DNA from: a virus
Taxonomy: Duplodnaviria; Caudoviricetes
Length of the DNA stretch: 33,495 nucleotides
Strand: one strand, 5' to 3'
Virus record (IMG/VR): IMGVR_UViG_3300023252_000178
Span: 1 to 33,495 of that record
Shown: piece after piece, positions 14,674 through 23,553 of the stretch
Position numbering within the stretch: position 1 is the stretch's first letter
Layout: each line of letters begins with the position of its first letter
Program-made: the position numbers and the translations under genes
The notes under the pieces: generated by a model
What the model was told of the DNA's origin: nothing
The model's input: only the letters and a program-made list of their open reading frames with translations
Database searches by the model: none

Positions 14674-15090
14674 ATGAACTCATTCGCAATAGCGCAAGCG
14701 CGCTGGGACAACATGCAGCCGGATGAAGGCTCCGGGCATGAAGAAGCGGCGCGAGTCTGGATTGAAAACACGGCTGAGAACCTGATGCGCGGCTGTGACC
14801 TGGTGATTCGGCGTCGGTATTCGGCGCCGATCGTGGTTGAGTATTCGGCCTATCTGAACGCCGTTCAGCTGCATCTGAATAAGCGCCAAGAGGACGGCGA
14901 CGACTCAGAAGACTGGTTCGCCCAGTTGGTCATCGCTGCTATTAGCGGCGGACCAGTCAAGACGTTTGGGGAGGCGCTGCTCGGCGAAGGCGACACGTCG
15001 ATGGGCAAGCTGTTCGATATCGCCGTTGCGCTGGTTGCGCCGCACGCCGAGGCGGGTCTACAGGCTGAAGCAGAGGATGCGGATTTATGA
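14674..15090 (+). CDS. Hypothetical phage protein (138 aa)
   Basis: GGAGG SD before MNSFAIAQARWDNMQP. Confidence 0.75.
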   Translation: MNSFAIAQARWDNMQPDEGSGHEEAARVWIENTAENLMRGCDLVIRRRYSAPIVVEYSAYLNAVQLHLNKRQEDGDDSEDWFAQLVIAAISGGPVKTFGEALLGEGDTSMGKLFDIAVALVAPHAEAGLQAEAEDADL

Positions 15091-15284
15091 ACAGCCCGCA
15101 CGTCCACATCAGCAAGCAGCTGGACCAGCTTGAAACTCTGGATTATCCACCCTTCTACGAAGCCATCATAGAGCGCCAGATCATCAACCTGTTCACCACC
15201 AACGAAATCAACCCGGAAGAATTCGCCTACTACTGTGAGCGCTTCAGGCGCTTGGCTGGGCGTGAAGCGAGGATAGCGGCATGA
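15087..15284 (+). CDS. Hypothetical phage protein
   Basis: ATGA-coupled on both sides. Confidence 0.7.
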   Translation: MNSPHVHISKQLDQLETLDYPPFYEAIIERQIINLFTTNEINPEEFAYYCERFRRLAGREARIAA

Positions 15285-15823
15285 TTGATATTGATTGGAG
15301 CAAGTGTCCGCAGGCTACGCACTTCGCACCCAAGCCAGAAGCTGACGATATGTGGTGCGACGTTTTCTGGCGTGTTGTTGATGGCGTAGGTGTTGAGGCC
15401 TGGGCATTGGTATCTGGCGGTCTCGAGCACTACAGCCGACCAACCTGGAGAAAGGAAACTGCCGAAAGGCTTATAGCTCGACCTCCGCAATGGAATGGCG
15501 AGGGTTTGCCGCCAGTTGGCATAGTGTGCGAGCACCAAGTTTTCGGCTGCGCCAGTTGGACCAAAGCCATCGTGCTTGCCTACGGCGAAAGGAAAACCTT
15601 CTACCGCGATCAGGACGGGCATGAGTGGTCACGGCTGTCCGATGAGATCAAGTTTCGCCCTCTGCGAGCTGAGCAGGCCTTAGGCGATAATCTAGAAAAG
15701 GACGCCGAGGCTCTTTTCGGCTTCGTTAATCCGAACGGAAAGTGGAGGAAGGCAGACACAGAGTACAAGGATCGCTTCCGCAATGCTGTCAGGGCTGGCT
15801 ACCGCAAGCAGGTGCAGCCATGA
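15281..15823 (+). CDS. Hypothetical phage protein
   Basis: IDWSKCPQATH...WNGEGLPPVGIVCE, a motif seen in Pseudomonas phage early proteins (recall). Confidence 0.75.
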   Translation: MIDIDWSKCPQATHFAPKPEADDMWCDVFWRVVDGVGVEAWALVSGGLEHYSRPTWRKETAERLIARPPQWNGEGLPPVGIVCEHQVFGCASWTKAIVLAYGERKTFYRDQDGHEWSRLSDEIKFRPLRAEQALGDNLEKDAEALFGFVNPNGKWRKADTEYKDRFRNAVRAGYRKQVQP

Positions 15824-15999
15824 CAACGCCTCTTGTTCCATCCCTGATAGACGAGCAGGTCGAGGATGTTCAGCAGCGAGTTCAAGTGCGCGGCGTCATT
15901 CAGTTGCGCCGCGACATGCTGGTGTCTGAGCTTGAGCATCCGATTAAGGCTGACTGGCTAAAGCGTCGGCCCATGCCAAAACCAAGGCCCTGCCAATGA
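15820..15999 (+). CDS. Hypothetical phage protein
   Basis: MTTPLVPSLIDEQ; ATGA overlaps. Confidence 0.6.
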   Translation: MTTPLVPSLIDEQVEDVQQRVQVRGVIQLRRDMLVSELEHPIKADWLKRRPMPKPRPCQ

Positions 16000-16103
16000 C
16001 CCGCTACCAGCACGCCAAGCGCTGGGCCTTCTGGCGCGGCAGCTTCTTCACCCTGCTGTTCTGCTCTGCCTGGATGATCGCCAGCGCTTACGCACCGCAA
16101 TGA
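15996..16103 (+). CDS. Small membrane protein (35 aa)
   Basis: MTRYQHAKRWAFWRGSFFTLLFCSAWMIASAYAPQ; ATGA overlap. Confidence 0.55.
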   Translation: MTRYQHAKRWAFWRGSFFTLLFCSAWMIASAYAPQ

Positions 16104-16163
16104 TTTAACCACTACCCCATTCAATCGCAGCGCCCCGGTAACGGCATGGCGCAAGGAGCTTCC

Positions 16164-17051
16164 GTGTCCGCACATAACCCCGCGCCAGTTGCGCACGAGC
16201 AACAGCTTCACATCATTCCGCACGCGGCAACCAGCACCAGTGCGCTCGTGCTGGATGGTGACAGCCTGGACAAGATGATGCGCTTGGCAGATGTCATGGC
16301 CACGGGCCGCGCAACATTGCCGAAGCACTTCAACGGTAACTCCGCTGACTGCCTGGCCGTGATCATGCAGTCGATGCAATGGAAGATGAATCCCTTCGCG
16401 GTAGCGCAAAAAACGCACCTGGTGAACGGGGTCCTTGGGTACGAGGCCCAGCTCGTTAACGCCGTAATCACCACCTGCGCGCCGGTCATGGATCGTCTGC
16501 ATTACGAGTGGTTTGGCGAATGGGAAAAAGTGATTGGCAAGTTCACGATCAAGAGCGGCGATAAAGGCGAATACCGCGTCCCCGGTTGGAAGATGCAGGA
16601 CGAGGAAGGCTTGGGCGTGAAGGTCTGGGCCACCTTCCGCGGTGAAGACGAACCGCGCGTGCTGGAGCTACTGCTGGCTCAGGCACGAACCCGCAACAGC
16701 ACGCTTTGGGCAGACGACCCTCGCCAGCAACTAGCGTATCTCGCTACCAAGCGCTGGTCCCGCCTCTACTGCCCTGATGTGATCCTCGGCGTTTACAGCC
16801 CTGATGAACTGGAGGAAAGCGCCCCGCGTGTTCGCGACGTCTCTCCGACTCGTGAAGCGGAGCCCGCCGGCCTGCCGCCCTACCCCGATGACAAGCTCGC
16901 TGAGAACCTGCCCAAGTGGCAGAAATCGGTCGACGTTGGCAAATCGTCGCCTGAGCACCTGATCGCAACCATCAGCAGCAAATACACCCTGAGCGAGCAG
17001 CAGATCGAGCAGATCAAAAACCTCGCGCCCATCGAAGGAGAATCCGCATGA
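16164..17051 (+). CDS. recT: RecT-family single-strand annealing protein
   Basis: DCLAVIMQSMQWKMNPFAVAQKTHLVNGVLGYEAQLVNAVI...WADDPRQQLAY...WSRLYCPDVILGVYSPDE; GTG start after AAGGAG. Confidence 0.9.
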   Translation: MSAHNPAPVAHEQQLHIIPHAATSTSALVLDGDSLDKMMRLADVMATGRATLPKHFNGNSADCLAVIMQSMQWKMNPFAVAQKTHLVNGVLGYEAQLVNAVITTCAPVMDRLHYEWFGEWEKVIGKFTIKSGDKGEYRVPGWKMQDEEGLGVKVWATFRGEDEPRVLELLLAQARTRNSTLWADDPRQQLAYLATKRWSRLYCPDVILGVYSPDELEESAPRVRDVSPTREAEPAGLPPYPDDKLAENLPKWQKSVDVGKSSPEHLIATISSKYTLSEQQIEQIKNLAPIEGESA

Positions 17052-18706
17052 AGATTCATAACGTCGCCCAGGGGACTCCCGAGTGGCATGCGCTGCGCGC
17101 CAATTATCACACTGCATCCGAAGCGCCCGCCATGATGGGTGACTCAAAGCAGATGAAACGCACCGAGCTGCTGCACGCCAAGAAGACCGGGCTTGATCGG
17201 GACATTTCGTGGTGGGTCCAGAAATACCTGTTCGATAAAGGCCACGATTCAGAAGCGCGCGCTCGGCCGATCCTTGAAGCGCGTATCGGCGAAGACCTCT
17301 TCCCAGTTGTCGGCACCGAAGGCGACCTGCTCGCGTCCCTGGACGGCTGCACCATGCTTGGCGAAATTCTGTTCGAGCACAAAATGTGGAATGAACAGCT
17401 CGCCGCCGACGTGCGCGCCGGCGATCTGGACGCCCATTATTACTGGCAGCTGGAACAGCAACTGCTTGTGTCCGGCGCTGAGAAAGTGATTTTCGTCTGC
17501 TCCGATGGCACTGAGGAGAACTTCGTCTCGATGGAGTACTTCCCCGTTCCCGGCCGCGCCGAAAAGCTTGTTGCAGGCTGGAAGCAGTTTGAAGCCGACC
17601 TCGGAACGTACCAACCCGTCGAGGCCGCCCCAGAGGCAGTCGGCACTGCGCCGGAAACCCTGCCCGCTCTACGCATCGAAGTCACCGGCATGGTGACTGC
17701 CAGCAACCTTGAACAGTTCAAGGCTCGGTCATTGGCCGTCATTAGCGCCATTAACACCGACCTGCAGACCGATCAGCACTTCGCTGACGCGGACAAAACT
17801 GTGAAATGGTGCGGCGAAGTCGAATCGAAGCTGGCAGCGGCGAAACAGCACGCCCTCAGCCAAACAGAGTCGATCGACCTACTCTTCCGCACAATCGACC
17901 AGATCAGCGAACAAACTCGGACAAAGCGTCTGGAGCTCGAAAAGCTGGTCAAGGCTCGAAAGGTTGCGATTCGCGATGAGATCGTCACAAAGGCACAAGC
18001 AGCTCTAAGGGCGCATATTGACCATATCAATGCATCGCTGGGCGGCCGCGTGTTGCTGCCTCAAATCTCATCTGACTTCGCCGGCGCCATCAAAGGCAAG
18101 AAGTCGATAGCCAGCCTGCGCGACGCTGCCGAAAGCGAACTCGCCCGCGCGAAGATCGACGCCAGCCAAAAGGCCGACGCGATCCGCCTCAACCTCGCCA
18201 GCTTGGCTGAACTGGCCGTCGACCATAACTTCCTGTTCAACGATATCCAGCAATTGGTGATGAAGGCCAACGATGACCTGGTGACGTTGATCAAGGTCCG
18301 CATCGACGAGCACAAGAAAGCCGAGGAAGACCGGCTAGAGAAACAGCGCCAGCAGATCCGCGAGGAAGAAGCTAAGAAGCTCGCGGATGCCGAGTCCGCA
18401 AAGGTTGCTGAGCAAAACAAGGCCGCTGAGCAAGCAGCATCGGCCCTATCGGCTTCAACACCAATGTCAAAACCCCCATCTGCGGCGCGGGTATCGACGG
18501 TAGCGCCATCTGCCAAGGTACCGCCGAAGCCAATGAAGCTCGAAGCTCAGGTGACCGATCTCGAGGCGCTGGTAAAGGCTGTCTACGAAGGCCGTGCACC
18601 CATTTCGGTGCTCACCGTCAACTGGGGCGCACTCGACGACCTCGTTCACATCCACGGTGAAGCGTTCAGCATGGACGGGGTCGTCCTGCAGCAGGTGGCG
18701 GCATGA
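17048..18706 (+). CDS. YqaJ-like viral recombinase/exonuclease with a long coiled-coil C-terminus
   Basis: QGTPEWHALR...TASEA...LLASLDG...FEHK...YYWQLEQQLLVSG. Confidence 0.9.
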   Translation: MKIHNVAQGTPEWHALRANYHTASEAPAMMGDSKQMKRTELLHAKKTGLDRDISWWVQKYLFDKGHDSEARARPILEARIGEDLFPVVGTEGDLLASLDGCTMLGEILFEHKMWNEQLAADVRAGDLDAHYYWQLEQQLLVSGAEKVIFVCSDGTEENFVSMEYFPVPGRAEKLVAGWKQFEADLGTYQPVEAAPEAVGTAPETLPALRIEVTGMVTASNLEQFKARSLAVISAINTDLQTDQHFADADKTVKWCGEVESKLAAAKQHALSQTESIDLLFRTIDQISEQTRTKRLELEKLVKARKVAIRDEIVTKAQAALRAHIDHINASLGGRVLLPQISSDFAGAIKGKKSIASLRDAAESELARAKIDASQKADAIRLNLASLAELAVDHNFLFNDIQQLVMKANDDLVTLIKVRIDEHKKAEEDRLEKQRQQIREEEAKKLADAESAKVAEQNKAAEQAASALSASTPMSKPPSAARVSTVAPSAKVPPKPMKLEAQVTDLEALVKAVYEGRAPISVLTVNWGALDDLVHIHGEAFSMDGVVLQQVAA

Positions 18707-18945
18707 TCAGTTTCAGCCTGAGTCCTGACGCTCCGACCCTCAGCAGATCAGCCGAACTCGCAGCCGCGATGGCAGCTTACGAACAAAGCGGAGGCCGAAT
18801 CACCCAAGGCGCGTGCTTCACCGGAACGCCAATCTCGCCCATACGCCGGGACTGGGTAGACCCTGAAACGGTGCTCAAGCGCAAACCGCCGCGGATCTCG
18901 GCAGCGGAGCGCAAACGCCTCCGGCAAATGACGGAGGCGATATGA
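18703..18945 (+). CDS. Hypothetical phage protein
   Basis: ATGA-coupled ORF. Confidence 0.7.
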   Translation: MISFSLSPDAPTLSRSAELAAAMAAYEQSGGRITQGACFTGTPISPIRRDWVDPETVLKRKPPRISAAERKRLRQMTEAI

Positions 18946-19403
18946 GCAAACGCAAACCCTGTAACCGCAAAGCCCAGATTGAGCGCAGTCTTCGGGCTCT
19001 GCTGGGCACCAACCATGCCGCCGTGATCAGCATCGATCCAAGTGGACTGCAGGTCATGATCAACTGGAAGAACGGTAAGCAGATCACCTCGCGGCAGGTC
19101 GCCGACGCGCTCTGCGATATCTCGCACCGCTGGACGATGCACATCGCTGGGATCTGCATTCAGAGCGACGGCGGCCAGTACATCAAGATGACTGTCTTTA
19201 CGCCCGATGGCATTCATCGGGTGGAAAAGCTGTCGGACGTCGTCGAGCACTTCTATGACGAAGTGAAGGCTGAATGCAATGCGAACCATCTGGTGGGAAT
19301 GGGCTGGCTGGCAGTGCCTGGCACGGTTGAGGTGAGCGAAAGGGAGGTCGCTGCCCTGCTCTCGTCAATTGGAGCCTGGAACCAGGTCAAGGTCGCAGCA
19401 TGA
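18942..19403 (+). CDS. Hypothetical phage protein
   Basis: GGAGG SD, ATGA-coupled. Confidence 0.75.
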   Translation: MSKRKPCNRKAQIERSLRALLGTNHAAVISIDPSGLQVMINWKNGKQITSRQVADALCDISHRWTMHIAGICIQSDGGQYIKMTVFTPDGIHRVEKLSDVVEHFYDEVKAECNANHLVGMGWLAVPGTVEVSEREVAALLSSIGAWNQVKVAA

Positions 19404-19494
19404 GGCGCTTGTTCAAATCCCCGCAACAACGAAAACGCAATTCTCAACACCAACTCCCACCCAGCGGGCTGCAGCCCATCTCGGAGAAAGCACC

Positions 19495-19842
19495 ATGCCT
19501 ACCCCAACGGATACCACCGAGTTCTTTGAAGAACTGAATGGTGGCGCCTTCGCCAGCCAGATCGGTCACGCCCTTTCCGAAGTCGCCGCGGGCGTCGTCG
19601 ATCACGGCAAGGCCGGGAAGCTGGTCATCACCTTGGACTTCAGCCAGATCGGCGAATCTCATCAGGTAAAGATCAAGCACAAGCTCGACTACAAGGTGCC
19701 GACCAAGCGCGGCACGCGTAGCGAGAACACCAGCCTCGACACGCCGATGCACGTCGGCACCGGCGGCAAAATCTCGCTGTTCCAGGAGAAGCACGACCAG
19801 CTGTTCACGCGCGACGAAGCACCAATCAAACCGCGCGACTGA
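19495..19842 (+). CDS. Conserved phage protein upstream of DUF2303 (YfdP-like position)
   Basis: FFEELNGGAFASQIGHALSEVAAGVV...TPMHVGTGGKISLF. Confidence 0.8.
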   Translation: MPTPTDTTEFFEELNGGAFASQIGHALSEVAAGVVDHGKAGKLVITLDFSQIGESHQVKIKHKLDYKVPTKRGTRSENTSLDTPMHVGTGGKISLFQEKHDQLFTRDEAPIKPRD

Positions 19843-19884
19843 TCCACCCTCTGCACTCCCTCCCCTCACGAAGAGAACTGACGA

Positions 19885-20697
19885 ATGTCACTGACCAAAG
19901 AAGCTATTCAACTCATCACCGACACCGCGCTGGAAGCAACGGGCAAGGCGCTGCCAACGTTCACGCCCACCGCGGTCCTACCGGAAGGCGCGAAGGTGCT
20001 GGATTTGGAAAAGTACCAGCAAGGGCGTAGCCGTTTCCGTGGCATCTACTCCACCCATGCCTTGGCAGATTTCAGCGCTTACGTTGCCGACCGCGCCGAA
20101 GCTGGCGCCCGTGGTTTCATAAATCAGGACGAGATGAGCTGCGTGTTGCTGTTCAACTTGGGTACCACCGAAGAGCCAGGCCATGCCGACGACCGCGCGG
20201 TGCTGAAGCTTAAGGCCACGGCCGGTTACGCTGCTGCACAGGCGATCGCCGATACCCGCTTGGCGCAGAAGGACCTGAGTGATTGGATCGAGGACTGGCA
20301 CCAGTATCTCACGCCGGTGGACGACGAAGGCAACAAAATCCCTGTGGCCAAGGCCATCGCTGCGGTTCGCACGATCACGGTGAAGGCCACCAGCGAGTCA
20401 GAAACCACCGTGGGCGACACAAGCGCCAGCCGCAGCGCGATGGATCAGATCGAAGCGCGCAGCAAAGAAACCCTGCCAGCAGCCCTGCTGTTCAACACGA
20501 TCCCCTTCGAAGGCTTGGTGGAACAGCAGATCACCTTGCGCCTTTCCGTGATTACCAGTAGTTCGGTACCAGTACTGAAGCTGCGCTGGGTTGGCGAGGA
20601 AATGCAGCGCGAGGCGATAGCCCAGGAGTTCAAGGCGGTCTTGGAAGCGCAGATCGGCGACGCTGCAAAGCTGTCCCTGGGCAGCTTCTCGGCCTGA
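19885..20697 (+). CDS. DUF2303 (YfdQ-like) family protein
   Basis: DLEKYQQGRSRFRG...FNLGTTEEPGHAD...QKDLSDWIEDW. Confidence 0.85.
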   Translation: MSLTKEAIQLITDTALEATGKALPTFTPTAVLPEGAKVLDLEKYQQGRSRFRGIYSTHALADFSAYVADRAEAGARGFINQDEMSCVLLFNLGTTEEPGHADDRAVLKLKATAGYAAAQAIADTRLAQKDLSDWIEDWHQYLTPVDDEGNKIPVAKAIAAVRTITVKATSESETTVGDTSASRSAMDQIEARSKETLPAALLFNTIPFEGLVEQQITLRLSVITSSSVPVLKLRWVGEEMQREAIAQEFKAVLEAQIGDAAKLSLGSFSA

Positions 20698-20794
20698 TAA
20701 AAAATCCGCGCCACGAGATAGAGGCTTCGCCAGTCGAGGCGCGGAACTCGATACTGCATAACAAAGCGAGGCATTGATACTAATCCGCAACTAA

Positions 20795-21337
20795 TTATTT
20801 GACCGGCATGCCGGTGATAACTCTGACGATCTCTGCGAAAATGTAAAGGTGCTCATCGGCTAAATAAAAACAAGTGGTTGAGAAGTCCTCATTGCTGCCT
20901 ATCGCTAGCGTTAACCCTGGGTATATATCCTCTTTCCGACAGTGCTCAAAAGCTTGGAAAGCTCTTTTTCGCTTGACCGAGGTGATACCTGGCGCGGAGT
21001 AATCGGCAAGGTAGTCGCCCTTTCGCGGAGCGTCTACCTGCCTGTGAGCGCTGTATTTCATACGGAATTTAGTTGCATTCCAAAAGCTAGGCATGCTGTT
21101 AAAAGTGGGCTCCAGGCCCATCGACCTAAAGTAATAGTGAATCTGGCCAAGCCGGTTTAGGTAAGCAGTCGTTTCATGATGCCAGGCATAACTAGATGCC
21201 CAGCAAGTATTCATGTAATTGCGATAGTGGTAATCCAAAGCCTCTATTGCAAGCTTAATACCTTTATGACGGCCGTATTGATACGATTTCTGCGTATCTT
21301 CGAGATTATCCAAAACAGCTGAAATTGCTCCCATCAT
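20795..21337 (-). CDS. AT-rich antisense moron; hypothetical protein with a HEPN-like R-X5-H motif
   Basis: GGAG SD; FRMKYSAH; opposite strand to the operon. Confidence 0.7.
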   Translation of the reverse strand: MMGAISAVLDNLEDTQKSYQYGRHKGIKLAIEALDYHYRNYMNTCWASSYAWHHETTAYLNRLGQIHYYFRSMGLEPTFNSMPSFWNATKFRMKYSAHRQVDAPRKGDYLADYSAPGITSVKRKRAFQAFEHCRKEDIYPGLTLAIGSNEDFSTTCFYLADEHLYIFAEIVRVITGMPVK

Positions 21338-21464
21338 CGATTGGCTCCAGACTTAGCTCAGCAACAATGAACCGCCGACCCCATGCCGGTCACCACGTAT
21401 AGCCCACCACCAACCTATTCGCCACCGAACTTTCGGAGGCTTGATTCTGCACGGAGAAAAAAGC

Positions 21465-22205
21465 ATGAAAGTCGCAACTGACGTCATGGCGCTGCTGAGC
21501 GCATCTAGAACTGAAGGCAACAAACTGTTCATAACCGGCGGCCAGCTTGAGCGCGGGCTTTATTCCCGCCTAGACAAAACACTGAAGGCCGCTGGCGGGA
21601 AATGGAACACCAAAGCGAAAGCCCACCTGTTCGACGGCGATGCGGCTGACGCGATCGAGAACATCATCATGACCGGCGAAGTCACCGTGCCTCAGGACTT
21701 CGGCTACTTCCCTACTCCGCCACCAGTCGTAGAGAAGCTGCTGGAGCTTGGACAGATCTCCGAAGGGATGGTCGCGCTGGAGCCATCCGCCGGACGTGGT
21801 GCAATTGCTTCGGCGCTGGAGGCGGCTGGCCTGGTGGTGGACTGCGTTGAGTTGCTTCCAGAAAACGCCAAACATCTCCACGGTTCAGGTTACCGCTCGG
21901 TTCACCTCGGCGATTTTCTGGCCGTAGAGCCCGCCCCTCAATACGATCGTGTGGTGATGAACCCGCCGTTCGACAAGAAGCGCAGCGATATTCACCACGT
22001 CCTGCACGCCCTGAAATTCTTGAAACCGCGTGGACTGCTGGTTGCAGTTATGCCGACTGGCGTCATGTTCCGGGAGGATGCATTGTCGCGTGACTTCCGA
22101 GGTATCGTTTCGGCGCGCAGCGGCAGCATCTTGAATTTGCCGGATGCCTCGTTTAAAGCGTCCGGCACCTCGGTTAGCACCTGCATCGCGGTCATACCGG
22201 CCTGA
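21465..22205 (+). CDS. Amino (N6-A/N4-C) DNA methyltransferase-like SAM-dependent enzyme
   Basis: YFPTP; LEPSAGRGAI (motif I); VMNPPF (motif IV). Confidence 0.88.
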   Translation: MKVATDVMALLSASRTEGNKLFITGGQLERGLYSRLDKTLKAAGGKWNTKAKAHLFDGDAADAIENIIMTGEVTVPQDFGYFPTPPPVVEKLLELGQISEGMVALEPSAGRGAIASALEAAGLVVDCVELLPENAKHLHGSGYRSVHLGDFLAVEPAPQYDRVVMNPPFDKKRSDIHHVLHALKFLKPRGLLVAVMPTGVMFREDALSRDFRGIVSARSGSILNLPDASFKASGTSVSTCIAVIPA

Positions 22206-22466
22206 TCAAACCACGGCATCAGCCCGCTCAATCAGCGAATGAGCGACCGCATCCTCCATGGATATCCAAGGCGGCTGCTGGCTCTGGGTGCGGGACTTCA
22301 AGAAGGCTTTGGTTCTTTCGACATTGAGTCGCTGACCGGTCGCCTGAAGCTGCTGAAAAAGCTCTTCAGGCATCCCGTAATAGCCGCACTCCTTGCACTG
22401 CCGGACCGAGAATTGGCCAACAGTCGAAATCTCCCTGTCCTTCAACTCACAAATGACGCAGGTCAT
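22206..22466 (-). CDS. Small Zn-ribbon-like hypothetical protein
   Basis: CVIC...CKECG; AGGAG SD. Confidence 0.65.
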   Translation of the reverse strand: MTCVICELKDREISTVGQFSVRQCKECGYYGMPEELFQQLQATGQRLNVERTKAFLKSRTQSQQPPWISMEDAVAHSLIERADAVV

Positions 22467-22545
22467 CACCAGTTCTCCTTGATTGGTTGAGTTCGACCAT
22501 AGCGAATTTTTTTGAGCAGAATCAACGGGCCTCGGACGAACTGCA

Positions 22546-22761
22546 TCAGCCGCTCGCAGACTCACCGTAGTCCAAAGCATCAGCAGCAACCTCTATCTCC
22601 CTGATCGCCTCAACAACGACGGGCGACACTCTGCTGGGCACAACGAGCAGTGATTCGATTGCCGCCTCACACAGCTCTTCAACGTCTACGTGCAGTGATC
22701 TCGCTGCGTTTATGACCGCCTCAAGCGCGACTGTAAGCGCTAACTCCCGGTTATTGCTCAT
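22546..22761 (-). CDS. Small acidic helical hypothetical protein
   Basis: GGGAG SD; MSNNRELALTVALEAV. Confidence 0.65.
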   Translation of the reverse strand: MSNNRELALTVALEAVINAARSLHVDVEELCEAAIESLLVVPSRVSPVVVEAIREIEVAADALDYGESASG

Positions 22762-22863
22762 GACCTTCTCCCTTCCTGTGGAGCGGTAATCGTAGGCCAT
22801 TCCTGGCTTCGGCACCGAGCGTTTTGATGATCTAGCCCGCCACCAAGCTTTCAGCCCGCCGGC

Positions 22864-23505
22864 TCATCGAATGCTGTCTTGCCGCAGCCTAAGGATCGAA
22901 GTTTTAGCCTGATCAATTTCTTCTCTGAGACCCAGCGCACGCTGTAAAGCATACGTTCTGGCGTCTTCGTCTTCTGGATTAGATGAATAGCTCAGAAGTA
23001 TAATCGACTGGATCACTGTACTAACCTTCTCGCTGAAGCAGTCTTCGGATTCCAGTATTCCTTCTCTGCAAACGTCGCCAAGCAGCAACCGGACGTCCTC
23101 TAGTGCTGATCGGAACTCTTTCGCCGCTGTAACATACGCGATTTGATTTGCTTTATACAAAGCTTCAAGTTGAGGCACCTTGTCCACTTCACTGACAGTG
23201 GCTGAAATATAGTCCGCATAGCTACGAATGTAACGATACGCTACGGTCAAATCGCCCAACGCGAGACTGAGCTTTTTAAGCGCGTTATATCTTTCTCCGT
23301 GCTCCCACTGTAAGCGCCAAGCAGTCAATGTAAAAGTAGCAACAACGGCCGCGCCGATGGTAGCTATAAAGCTGAGCAGCTCAAAAACGGCTTTGAATTT
23401 TTCCAATGAGATCTTTTGATAGATACCCATATAAGCGACACCTACACAAAAGAATCCTAAGCAAATAGCCAGATCCTTAAAGTTTGAACTTGAGCGCATA
23501 TTCAT
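22864..23505 (-). CDS. AT-rich membrane protein (2 N-terminal TM + helical domain)
   Basis: LAICLGFFCVGVAYMG and LLSFIATIGAAVVATFTLTAW hydrophobic segments; GAGG SD. Confidence 0.75.
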   Translation of the reverse strand: MNMRSSSNFKDLAICLGFFCVGVAYMGIYQKISLEKFKAVFELLSFIATIGAAVVATFTLTAWRLQWEHGERYNALKKLSLALGDLTVAYRYIRSYADYISATVSEVDKVPQLEALYKANQIAYVTAAKEFRSALEDVRLLLGDVCREGILESEDCFSEKVSTVIQSIILLSYSSNPEDEDARTYALQRALGLREEIDQAKTSILRLRQDSIR

Positions 23506-23553
23506 TCCGCCTCGGACCCGTCATTTTATTAATAATACATTTGGGGAGCTGAC

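Noticed and set aside
22844-22862. AGCCCGCC-type short direct repeat near a moron end
   Set aside because: Too short and GC-rich to distinguish from chance
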